Assembly: GCA_048882025.1 (NCBI GenBank)
Contig: JBHLSA010000002.1
Coordinates: 1-41,433 of the forward strand
From: Candidatus Thorarchaeota archaeon
GTDB taxonomy: Archaea > Asgardarchaeota > Hermodarchaeia > Hermodarchaeales > Hermodarchaeaceae
Direction: 5' to 3'
DNA length: 41,433 bases
Shown: positions 27,896-36,483 of the stretch, one piece after another
Position numbering within the stretch: position 1 is the stretch's first letter
Layout: each line of letters opens with the position of its first letter
Notes under the pieces: model-generated
Told to the model about the DNA's origin: nothing
Seen by the model: only the letters and a program-made list of their open reading frames with translations
Databases searched by the model: none
Made by a program: the position numbers and the translations under genes

Positions 27896-28858
27896 ATGAA
27901 ACCCATAGGAGTTGGCGTTATTGGAATTGGGGCATGGGGAAAGAACCATATTCGCATCTTCTCCGAGCTGGAGGAGACTACGCTTGTCGCCATAGCCGAG
28001 CGGGATACCGAGCGAGGTAAAGCTTTTTCCAAAAAATATGACACCATTCATTATGCTAGTGCTGATGAATTATTCCGTCGGAACGACATTGATGCCGTAA
28101 CCATCTGCACACCAACAGTAACGCATGCCGATTTAGCATTGCAAGCGATTGAAGCTGGTAAACACCTACTTTTAGAGAAGCCTATGACGGAAACACTGCA
28201 GCAAGCCCAACGAGTAATTGATGCAGCAAAATCTGCAAAGGTGAGCGTGATGGTGGGCTTCGTTGAGCGATTCAATCCGTCAGTCGAAACCGCCACCCAA
28301 TTGATTGACCAAGGACAAGTAGGTGAACTGGTTTTAGGTTCTGCAAGACGTTTAGGTCCATTTGTACCAGGACGAGTGGCAGATATTGGAATAATAAAAG
28401 ATTTGGCTATTCATGATATCGATATTGCACGTTTTCTAGTTAAACAGGAAGCAACTTCGGTTTATGCTATTGCAGGTAGTCTTTATCATAAATATGAAGA
28501 TCATGCTAATCTGGTAATCCGTTTTGATGATAAGCCTACGTTTTTTCTTGAATGTAATTGGCTAACCCCACGAAAACTCCGAGGCCTTAGCATTACAGGC
28601 TCTGAAGGTGTTCTATCATTGGATTACATATCACAAGAGGTATCCTTAGGAACTAAACAGTGGGAGCAAAAATCCACGTCAACATGGGATGAGCCCTTGA
28701 AACGAGAACTTTCACATTTTGCCAAGTGCATAATAGACCACCAATTACCACTAACATCAGGAAATGACGGATTAGAAGCACTGCGAATTGCTGAGGCCGC
28801 ACTAGAAAGCGCCAAAAGTAAACGCATAATCCATCTTGAGGAGCTTCGTTCAAATTGA
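27896..28858 (+). CDS. Gfo/Idh/MocA-family NAD-dependent sugar-nucleotide oxidoreductase (WbpB-like)
   Basis: IGVGVIGIGAWGKNH Rossmann motif and EKPM motif. Its stop overlaps the start of the next gene (TTGA). Confidence 0.85.
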   Translation: MKPIGVGVIGIGAWGKNHIRIFSELEETTLVAIAERDTERGKAFSKKYDTIHYASADELFRRNDIDAVTICTPTVTHADLALQAIEAGKHLLLEKPMTETLQQAQRVIDAAKSAKVSVMVGFVERFNPSVETATQLIDQGQVGELVLGSARRLGPFVPGRVADIGIIKDLAIHDIDIARFLVKQEATSVYAIAGSLYHKYEDHANLVIRFDDKPTFFLECNWLTPRKLRGLSITGSEGVLSLDYISQEVSLGTKQWEQKSTSTWDEPLKRELSHFAKCIIDHQLPLTSGNDGLEALRIAEAALESAKSKRIIHLEELRSN

Positions 28859-29628
28859 ATGTAAAAGAAAAAGTTCATCCAAGCGCAGTAATAGAAAAAG
28901 AAGTAAAGTTGGCACCAGATTACACAGTAGAGCCTTATGTGTTCTTAAGAGGAAAGATCCAAGCTGGAAAACGATGCTATTTTAGCACGGGATGTAAAAT
29001 ACAAGGTCCTGCAAATATTGGTAACAATGTATTTTTTGGTGAACAAACCACAATAGGTTTCCCAACTCAACATCAAATCGAGCAATACCAAAAAGAAAAG
29101 AAAGCGTCACCATGGATGAATTCTGAATTAACAGAGATAGGAGATGACTGTATTATACGTGCAGGATCGGTTCTCTATTCAAGTTCAAAATTAGGGAATA
29201 ACGTCAGGATAGGTCACAATGTATTGCTACGCGAAAATGTCCAAATTGGAGACAATTCCCTAGTGGGAACGAGCGTCACTATTGATGGCAATTCATCAAT
29301 TGGAAAGAAAGTATCAATTCAGACAAACGTTTACATTCCCTGGAATACTATTATTGAAGACCACGTCTTTCTTGGTCCTCATTGTGTCCTTACAAATGAC
29401 AAATATGTCATGCGAACTCATTTTGAACTTAAAGGCCCAATCATTCGGAGAGGAGTTAGCATCGGAGCTGGAGCTGTAATATTACCAGCAATTGAGATTG
29501 GTGAGAAAGCAGTTATTGGAGCTGGAGCTGTTGTTACCAAAAATGTTCCTCCAAAAACAATTGTTCATGGTGTTCCAGCTCGGGTACAATCTGTTATTCC
29601 AGAAAACTGGAAGATACCGTTAGAATAG
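28855..29628 (+). CDS. Hexapeptide-repeat (left-handed beta-helix) acetyltransferase (WbpD-like)
   Basis: Repeated [LIV]-G-x4 hexapeptides (IGDNSLVGTSVTIDGNSSIGKKVSIQ.., VSIGAGAVILPAIEIGEKAVIGAGAVV). TTG start. Confidence 0.8.
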   Translation: MNVKEKVHPSAVIEKEVKLAPDYTVEPYVFLRGKIQAGKRCYFSTGCKIQGPANIGNNVFFGEQTTIGFPTQHQIEQYQKEKKASPWMNSELTEIGDDCIIRAGSVLYSSSKLGNNVRIGHNVLLRENVQIGDNSLVGTSVTIDGNSSIGKKVSIQTNVYIPWNTIIEDHVFLGPHCVLTNDKYVMRTHFELKGPIIRRGVSIGAGAVILPAIEIGEKAVIGAGAVVTKNVPPKTIVHGVPARVQSVIPENWKIPLE

Positions 29629-29770
29629 GTGATACCAGAACCCAAATATGGATATACCTTGAAATCTAAACGGAGAATGTCGGTTAGAATATTGAGTTTG
29701 CTAGTTTTCATTGTAAATAAGAGAATGCTTATATACGTGAAAATAATCGACAAATCGAAATCCGGTATCG

Positions 29771-31504
29771 GTGAGTGACAGCGTGAAAACCAGAGCTTTA
29801 CTACTACTTGTGCTAATATGCTTACCATTGGCCTTTGTATTCATCCCGCCTACAAGTGCAGATTCTTCGCAATTGGTAATTGATGAAGCCCAGCGCGATG
29901 TTGAACTTCAAATTTATGGAATGATCCTTGTAACTGATACTATTACAATTAGTAATCTAGGGCCTGTACCGGCTTTCAATATTATGGCTGCTTATCCATT
30001 AGCTGAAATAAAAAATGTTAAAGAATTTACAGCAGCGACAATTAATGGAACTAGCCTCTACCACCAAAGGATCGCGCGCATTGGTCCAAATTGCACTGGA
30101 TGGCAAGTCTTCCTAGCCGAGCCCTTAATGCCAGAACAAACTGTAACATTTACAGTTCAGATGGCTATTGAGGGACTAGTCACAATAGACGAAACAACAG
30201 CAACGGCAAGCATACCAATAATCGTTACAAGCCCATACAACATTACTAGTTACTCAACTAGATTGACTTACCATGATGCGCTAACAGCACCAACGCAAAC
30301 TAGCTGGACTGGAGATTCAGTTCACCCCTACAGTTTTGAGCTCCGGGCAGTTATCTTAGACCACATCACTGATGATTTTGCACCAATTATTTCGTATTTA
30401 GAGCTTAAGCGAACCTTCTATATTGATGCGTGGGGCTATTTGTTTGCTCAAGAAGCACATATGTTTCGCCTTGAAAGCGTTAACCCAAGATTTACAAATT
30501 CAGAACGGCGCTGGAATTCACTCACTGTCACTTTACCAGCAGGAAGTGAATTTCTTCGAGTCTTTGATAACATTGCCAACTTATCAAATAGCCGAATAGA
30601 AACACCCACCAATGTAACTCACCCAGGGTCGATTGCGGTTCAATTACGATATCATCTCGAAGAAGGAGATGTATACCAGTTTTTCCTTGAATACCGAATT
30701 CCCTTAGACCTTCGACAACTCGTATTACAAACAGGTCAAGCCTTATTTTTTGAACCCTATTATAAAGAGCCGTGGATAATCCGAAACCAAATTACTGAAT
30801 TTATTCTTCCATCAGGGAGCTGGTTACAAGGAGTACCTATTGACGCAGAAACAACCTCAACGCCCACAGGACAGTATTTGATTAGCTTCTCAGCTCAAAA
30901 CGTGACCTCACTTCATCAGTCCAATCTAAGTCTTTTCTATGTTTACCCTGTTCTTCCTGCTCTAGCCCGACCGATGCTTTTCTTCGTAGTTATTGGGGCA
31001 GCCTGTCTAGTGTATATAACAGCTCGACGAGTTTCCTTCTTCCGTGAAGAAGAGGAAATTATTGCACCCACAATAGAAATAGATCCGATTATTCTGGACG
31101 AATTCTGTACTTTCTATGGAGAGAAAATTGCGCTATTATTGCAAACAGAAAAACTAGAACAGACTATGCTGCAGGGTAAGATATCGAAACCCAGATATCG
31201 AAAAGAGAAGAAGAACTTCGAGCGAAAAATTCGTGCAATTGACCGAGAACTCAGCACTCGTAGCCAACCTCTTATCGAGGCTGGAGGCAAATATGAATCA
31301 GCCGTTCGACAACTAGAGCTACTCGAGGCAGAACGCGTTAGTTCAATTGAAGCACTACACGCCCTTGAACAGCGATACCGCCAGAAACGAATTACAGCTC
31401 AAGTTTACCAAAAGCTACAAAAAGATCTTCAAAAACGGCGAGATAAAGCAGTTGGACGAATGGACCGTATCTTACTTAGTTTACGCGAAGAACTAGCATT
31501 ATAA
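29771..31504 (+). CDS. Ribophorin I / OST1-like type I membrane protein with a long helical cytosolic tail
   Basis: Signal peptide, a roughly 365-aa ectodomain with seven N-x-S/T sequons, a single TM (PMLFFVVIGAACLVYITA) and a roughly 155-aa charged helical tail. Blocks QRDVELQIYGMILVTDTITISNLG, KRTFYIDAWGYLFAQEAHMF, LPAGSEFLRVFDNIANLSNS and VQLRYHLEEGDVYQFFLEYRIPL parallel ribophorin I blocks as I recall them (KRTVDL.., [57 protein letters not shown]). Confidence 0.6.
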   Translation: MSDSVKTRALLLLVLICLPLAFVFIPPTSADSSQLVIDEAQRDVELQIYGMILVTDTITISNLGPVPAFNIMAAYPLAEIKNVKEFTAATINGTSLYHQRIARIGPNCTGWQVFLAEPLMPEQTVTFTVQMAIEGLVTIDETTATASIPIIVTSPYNITSYSTRLTYHDALTAPTQTSWTGDSVHPYSFELRAVILDHITDDFAPIISYLELKRTFYIDAWGYLFAQEAHMFRLESVNPRFTNSERRWNSLTVTLPAGSEFLRVFDNIANLSNSRIETPTNVTHPGSIAVQLRYHLEEGDVYQFFLEYRIPLDLRQLVLQTGQALFFEPYYKEPWIIRNQITEFILPSGSWLQGVPIDAETTSTPTGQYLISFSAQNVTSLHQSNLSLFYVYPVLPALARPMLFFVVIGAACLVYITARRVSFFREEEEIIAPTIEIDPIILDEFCTFYGEKIALLLQTEKLEQTMLQGKISKPRYRKEKKNFERKIRAIDRELSTRSQPLIEAGGKYESAVRQLELLEAERVSSIEALHALEQRYRQKRITAQVYQKLQKDLQKRRDKAVGRMDRILLSLREELAL

Positions 31505-31566
31505 GTATTCATTTCTAATGCCGAAACACTGAATAAGGCTTAACGAAAAGAAGCGTGTTAGTTATT

Positions 31567-31688
31567 AGCCCGGTAGTGTAGCCTTGGTTACAGAGGCAAA
31601 GTGGTCAATCATTCGGGGCTTTGGAGCTGCAACATTTCAACAGCGGAGTTACCCCGAGACCGCGGTTCGAATCCGCGCCGGGCTACCA
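31567..31688 (+). tRNA. tRNA-Gln(UUG) with two introns (D-loop and anticodon loop 37/38); CCA encoded
   Basis: AGCCCGG-TA-GTGT-AGCC[TTGGTTACAGAGGCAAAG]TGGTCAA-TCAT-T-CGGGG-CTTTGG[AGCTGCAACATTTCAACAGCGGAGTT]A-CCCCG-AGAC-CGCGG-TTCGAAT-CCGCG-CCGGGCT-A-CCA. The D-arm without the insert is one base different from the tRNA-Glu D-arm at 36493-36511. Confidence 0.7.
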
Positions 31689-31690
31689 CT

Positions 31691-32530
31691 TCATTTTCCC
31701 TTAACTGTTAAATTTGGATACCAACTCTTAGCTTTAGCTTCACTGGCTTGTTTATCCCAGTCAGCAAGAATCTTAGCTGCTTCACACGCGGTGTGGCTTG
31801 CTTCTTTTTCGCCGAGTGTAGCAAATTCCTCAGTTTCCCGATTTGCGAAAACAGTGCATACCGCACCACTTCTTAAGCCAAATAGATTTGCCAAGGTAAA
31901 TATCGTCGAGCATTCCATCTCAAAATTCAATACACGAGCAGCTTTCAAATCCGATATGATATTATCCATAGAGGATTGCCAAAAGCCATTGTACCCAGGG
32001 CGTCCCTGTCCAGTGTAAAAACTGTCAGTACTACACGTTATTCCAATATGATAACGATAGCCTAAACTTTCTGCTGCTTCTATGAGCGCAAGTACAACTT
32101 GATAATGCGCGAAAGCAGGATACGTGGAAGACACGTATTGTTTACTAGTACCATCATTTCGAACGGCGCCAGTTGTAATAATTAGATCACCACACTTGAT
32201 GTCTTTATGAATAGCTCCAGAACTCCCTACACGAATCAACGTTCTTGCTCCAATTGTGGCGAGCTCTTCGATAGCAATCGCTGTTGCTGGACATCCAATT
32301 CCTGTTGATGTTGTGCTGATTGGTGTGTTTTTGTAGACACCCGTATAGGTAACATAAGTTCTTTTTTCAGCCATTTGCTGAGCTGTGTCCCATAATTTAG
32401 AAATTAGGGTAGCGCGTGCAGGATCGCCGGGTAACAATACTGTTGGCGCAATATCATCTGGTTTTATTCCGATATGATACTGAATCTTATTCGCTGTTTC
32501 AGGTCTGCTTGCGGATTCCCATTTTTTCAT
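31691..32530 (-). CDS. udp: Uridine phosphorylase (PNP/UDP family 1)
   Basis: LLPGDPARA, STGIGCPATAIAIEEL, IRVGSSGAI and NFEMECSTIF closely parallel bacterial Udp. The ATG at 32530 (MKKWES) is preferred over the track start at 32545. Confidence 0.85.
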   Translation of the reverse strand: MKKWESASRPETANKIQYHIGIKPDDIAPTVLLPGDPARATLISKLWDTAQQMAEKRTYVTYTGVYKNTPISTTSTGIGCPATAIAIEELATIGARTLIRVGSSGAIHKDIKCGDLIITTGAVRNDGTSKQYVSSTYPAFAHYQVVLALIEAAESLGYRYHIGITCSTDSFYTGQGRPGYNGFWQSSMDNIISDLKAARVLNFEMECSTIFTLANLFGLRSGAVCTVFANRETEEFATLGEKEASHTACEAAKILADWDKQASEAKAKSWYPNLTVKGK

Positions 32531-32556
32531 CCCTCCACCTCCCAAGAGGTTTTTAC

Positions 32557-33162
32557 TTAGCGGGTTCCCCGTCTGTAACTCGGTCGAACTTTTCGAGTAG
32601 TCTTCTCTTCCCGTTCTTCAATTTCTCCTTTTTCAATGAGATAATCTAGGGCTTTATCCAGTTCTGAACGACTTATTTGGAGCGAGTTGGCAACTTCACC
32701 TCGTGAATAACCCTCCGCATACAATTCAACAATTTTAGTAAGGATTAGTTTACCGAAATAGACATGTTTACCTTGTGAGATGATAAGTAATCCTGGGAGT
32801 TTTGTCATTTTAGATTTAGCCATACGATTTAATTCAAATTCAATTTTTGCAGGAGTTTCTTCGAGATTCTGGGCTAATTCAATTAACGTAATTCGTTCAG
32901 CAGTTGCTAATTCGGTTCTTAGGTTTTGGATGAAAGTTCTACGACGATAAAATAGTATGGTCCCAATAAATGATATCATGACTACCATGAAGATCATCAG
33001 AAACCAGCTCAGAAGCGGGTTAACATTGAATAACATCGTAACTGTGGTAATGAAGGCAGTGGTGTTTATTGCTTGAAAAAGAAAAAAATCAATAAGAAAT
33101 AATACTAGGGCTATTGCAAGTATAGTAGCTAATATTTTGACAAGAGCAGATTGAAGTGACAT
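32557..33162 (-). CDS. Membrane-anchored protein with two cytoplasmic HTH-like segments, function unknown
   Basis: Two N-terminal TM helices, then ITLIELAQNLEETPAKIEFELNRM and GYSRGEVANSLQISRSELDKALDYLIEKGEI. Confidence 0.5.
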   Translation of the reverse strand: MSLQSALVKILATILAIALVLFLIDFFLFQAINTTAFITTVTMLFNVNPLLSWFLMIFMVVMISFIGTILFYRRRTFIQNLRTELATAERITLIELAQNLEETPAKIEFELNRMAKSKMTKLPGLLIISQGKHVYFGKLILTKIVELYAEGYSRGEVANSLQISRSELDKALDYLIEKGEIEEREEKTTRKVRPSYRRGTR

Positions 33163-33191
33163 GATTTTACATCAACCACGGTTTGAAAGAA

Positions 33192-33965
33192 TTAGCCTAT
33201 GTAACTTGCACTTTCTGTTTCGTCTCTCGGTTCTCTTTGTTCACGTTGTTGTAAGAGATGATGTTTCACTTGAGCGTAAATTCCTTTCATTTCTTCGATT
33301 CTTTGTTCCAATTCTGATACATCAGCGTTAATGTCAAATCGGTCGTTCAGAACTTTGACAATCAATTTTGATGCCCGAGGATCTTGCCTAAGTAAAGGAA
33401 CGGTTTCGGCTAGAAGACAAACACCCTCGATACCGTATTTTAGATTCGCCCATGCAGGGATTACACCATTTGCCCCATTTATGACTCCATCAGACATTGG
33501 TATGACGTAATCTAACTCTGTGAAGAAAGCTTGGAATTTTGGCCCAGTTGAGGAAACGAAAACCTTTGGTGTTTCAGGGAACTCACCTGGAACATAGGCA
33601 CCTGTCGCTGCAATCTTCTTGACATTCATTTTTTTGAAGGTCTCTGCGATTCGATCAGAAAACTCATAAATTCCTTGTGATGATGATGGTTGAAAATCCC
33701 CTGAAACTAATATGATATCATGTTTCAGCTTAGGATTTTTATGAAGGTAAATTTGGCATTCAGGGATTTTCATCATCCCCTTATCATCAATCATCACATG
33801 GGGAGGAAAATCATCTGAAAGAACTTGGATTATTGGTTCTGCCTTTAGATTTTTAATTAAAACCTCGATTGCTAATTTTCCAACACTAGCAATACCTGGC
33901 ATACCTACTAGGGCAATTGGGTTTCGAATTTCTTTTACTTCTTTTAACCAAATAATCTCAATCAT
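33192..33965 (-). CDS. PAC2-family proteasome assembly chaperone
   Basis: NPIALVGMPGIASVGKLAIEVLI.., ..ILVSGDFQP.. and the PAC2/DUF75 layout. Confidence 0.8.
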   Translation of the reverse strand: MIEIIWLKEVKEIRNPIALVGMPGIASVGKLAIEVLIKNLKAEPIIQVLSDDFPPHVMIDDKGMMKIPECQIYLHKNPKLKHDIILVSGDFQPSSSQGIYEFSDRIAETFKKMNVKKIAATGAYVPGEFPETPKVFVSSTGPKFQAFFTELDYVIPMSDGVINGANGVIPAWANLKYGIEGVCLLAETVPLLRQDPRASKLIVKVLNDRFDINADVSELEQRIEEMKGIYAQVKHHLLQQREQREPRDETESASYIG

Positions 33966-34058
33966 AGTAGGTTCCCTGCAGGTCGTTTAGGCTTCTGGAA
34001 GATTGAATTTAAACTTTATGTCCTATTAGGTTTATCATGTGAAAGATGAACTTTTACA

Positions 34059-35066
34059 TTAATTAGTTATTCCTGAGGAATAAGCCGTTATAAAGTCAAT
34101 ACGTTGGCGAACCATTTTTTGTAGAGAACGCTTGATTTTTTCTTGGTCTAAAGGTAATATTTGAAAGAAATCGTCGCGATGATGGTCAATAGTTCTTCGT
34201 AATGTTTCTGGTACAACAATGATTACATTGTGTTTATCTGCATATTCACGAGCTAAAATTTTCAGTTGTTCTTTTTCACCATCGAAGAAGTATAGGACAA
34301 GATGAAGGTCAGAAAGAAAAAATACATGATTCGACGCTTCTCTATACTGAAGAGAAAGCTCATCTAAAATACCTTTGATAATATGTTTAAAATACGTCTC
34401 TAAAGCTTTGCTTCGCTCAAAGAAATATAACGTCTCAGACCCACATCTTTCACACTGAATACCAATCCGCTTCGAAAGCTCTTTGACACTTTCAGAAGGG
34501 ATATTCAAGTACCTAGTGAGGTATCGTTGAGTCCAATACGTTTTGATCGCATTTCTAAGATGCAAATAGAGATTGTCATGTTTTTCACTTCGAGATGATG
34601 GAGGTTCTTGCGATTTTTGAGCCTCCTTGGAGTTTAGCGTTTGAAGAAGAGGTAGTGACCTTCGATCGTTGCTGGGTTTTGACCAATTTTCTAGTGAATC
34701 GAGAAACCATGATAGATTAGTTTCTGTTAACTCGTGAACTGAGATCGAATTTGCCGCATTTGGAATGTCAATTCCCTCTGCTTTTAACTCGGACACGACT
34801 TGTAAGACTTTATTTTTGAGTTCTGCAGCTTCTCTGATGAAAAATTTCATTCGAGCTTTGAGTGGCGTTCGTATTTCTAATATCCATCGAAGTGTTTCAA
34901 TATCAATGTGGGCTAAAGGAAACAGAACTAATTCTTGTGATTCAGTAATGTAAACTTCAGTCAGCTTACACCCTAAGGCATCTTCAGATAAAACAAAATC
35001 AATGCAACGATTTTTTAAGCTGCCGAGAAAAGCGCCAATGTATTCTTGGATTGATGAAGGACACAT
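34059..35066 (-). CDS. Hypothetical two-domain protein (335 aa)
   Basis: Long ORF with an ATG start. N- and C-terminal alpha/beta-looking domains are separated by a Ser/Pro/Gln-rich linker (..KEAQKSQEPPSSRSEKHD..). It has a single CERCG element and no family I can name. Confidence 0.55.
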   Translation of the reverse strand: MCPSSIQEYIGAFLGSLKNRCIDFVLSEDALGCKLTEVYITESQELVLFPLAHIDIETLRWILEIRTPLKARMKFFIREAAELKNKVLQVVSELKAEGIDIPNAANSISVHELTETNLSWFLDSLENWSKPSNDRRSLPLLQTLNSKEAQKSQEPPSSRSEKHDNLYLHLRNAIKTYWTQRYLTRYLNIPSESVKELSKRIGIQCERCGSETLYFFERSKALETYFKHIIKGILDELSLQYREASNHVFFLSDLHLVLYFFDGEKEQLKILAREYADKHNVIIVVPETLRRTIDHHRDDFFQILPLDQEKIKRSLQKMVRQRIDFITAYSSGITN

Positions 35067-35189
35067 ATGTCATCAAAAACAAGATAAGAAAATAGTAAAT
35101 AAGGTCGTAAATTAGAATTTGATCAGTTCCCATTTGGGCTCATGCGTATTCCTTATCGCTTCTAGATGATTGGGCAATTCTGAGGAGTA

Positions 35190-36050
35190 TTATGAATCAG
35201 AAAAAAGGTAGGTATATTCTTCATACCGTCGCCCATTAATGATCGTTCCGGGGGATTTCTTTAGAATTTGTTTCTTTTTCAGATGCGCCCTTAATCTCTG
35301 ATTAGCAATTTCTAGATTGCTTTGTTCTAACCAATGAAGGGGAACATTGACAAAGAGTGGTCGAGCAGGAACAACATGACGCGTGGTTTTTTGAGTAAAA
35401 ATCTCCTGATTTAATGCGCTACTAATAACTTCCTTCTTAGTAAGCGATGGAACAATTAGAACGGTTCGAAGAGCTGATTCAATGCTTTGTAAAGCATCAG
35501 ATTCAGTACTATATATTAGTTTAAAACCCAGTTCTTGGCCCAAGGATTCAATCTTGGCAATTTCATCATAAATCTCCTTTATCGAAAGATTATGGGTTGA
35601 ATTAAGAAGCACAGCGTTTTTTCCTATGGCTAGAGCTGCAATAGTCTTTCGATTCTTCACAAGGTCAAAGGCTTTGTTGGAGGAGGTTTGAACAGTATCA
35701 AGTAGATCTTTTGCTGAAATTTCTTTTGAAAACTCAGATAAAGAAAGATCACCAATAAATTCCCGGTACCATGCATTGACTTCTATGGAGGGGTTTTGAT
35801 AGTCGACGAGACACACAGGGGCAAGTTTATAATTAAGGGTCCTTAATGCCGCAACACGGTGCATTCCATCTAAGACTACTAATGTATCTGAATCAACAAT
35901 TATTGGGTGCTTTAGAATTTGTTCTGCCACAATTTCCTTTTCTAATTTTTCAAGTGCGGATGCTATTGTTTCTTCGTGAATGAAGAGGGAATCAATCGAA
36001 ACGAGCTCGATTTCCATTAGTAGTTGTGGAGTTTCAATGATTACTCCCAT
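35190..36050 (-). CDS. ParB/Srx-fold (ParB-like N-terminal domain) protein with an uncharacterised C-terminal domain
   Basis: LVSIDSLFIHEETI..ILKHPIIVDSDTLVVLDGMHRVAALRTLNYKLAPVCLVDY carries the DGxHR core of the ParB/sulfiredoxin fold. Confidence 0.6.
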   Translation of the reverse strand: MGVIIETPQLLMEIELVSIDSLFIHEETIASALEKLEKEIVAEQILKHPIIVDSDTLVVLDGMHRVAALRTLNYKLAPVCLVDYQNPSIEVNAWYREFIGDLSLSEFSKEISAKDLLDTVQTSSNKAFDLVKNRKTIAALAIGKNAVLLNSTHNLSIKEIYDEIAKIESLGQELGFKLIYSTESDALQSIESALRTVLIVPSLTKKEVISSALNQEIFTQKTTRHVVPARPLFVNVPLHWLEQSNLEIANQRLRAHLKKKQILKKSPGTIINGRRYEEYTYLFSDS

Positions 36051-36122
36051 TCAAACATGCCCCATGAATTTTGAATCTTGTTATACGATGTACTAAATTT
36101 TGATTACAGGATTTTTGCCATT

Positions 36123-36332
36123 CTAAGCTATGATAACATCTTCATCCTGACGAAGAATCATTAAGCGTGTTACATATCCAGCAATTCTGTTTCGCAAACG
36201 TTTAGTAGTATTTGTAAGTAGCTCGTCTAAAATCTCTTTATTTTGAGCAAAATCTGTTGTAAAACTATCTGAATATCGTTCAACAAGTTCTCTTGAAAGG
36301 CGTTTGATTAGGACCGTTCTAACTTTACCCAC
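36123..36332 (-). CDS. rps17e: 30S ribosomal protein eS17
   Basis: MGKVRTVLIKRLSRELVERY..FTTDF..NK..L...TKRLRNRIAGYVTRL. GTG start preceded by GGAGG. Confidence 0.9.
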   Translation of the reverse strand: MGKVRTVLIKRLSRELVERYSDSFTTDFAQNKEILDELLTNTTKRLRNRIAGYVTRLMILRQDEDVIIA

Positions 36333-36483
36333 AGTTTTTTCCTCCAGTAACTTGGTTTTTCACATTTAACGCGATACTTTTTGTAAGCTATTAGGGTTTT
36401 GTAGGTTTGAATGTGATTATTATTGTGCTCTATGGACAATCGTCGAAAGTTTAAAAAACCGATGCTAGAACACATTTATCGTA

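Noticed and set aside
31584-32018. 144-aa plus-strand ORF
   Set aside because: Its 5' part is the tRNA-Gln gene itself. The rest is antisense to the well-supported uridine phosphorylase gene.
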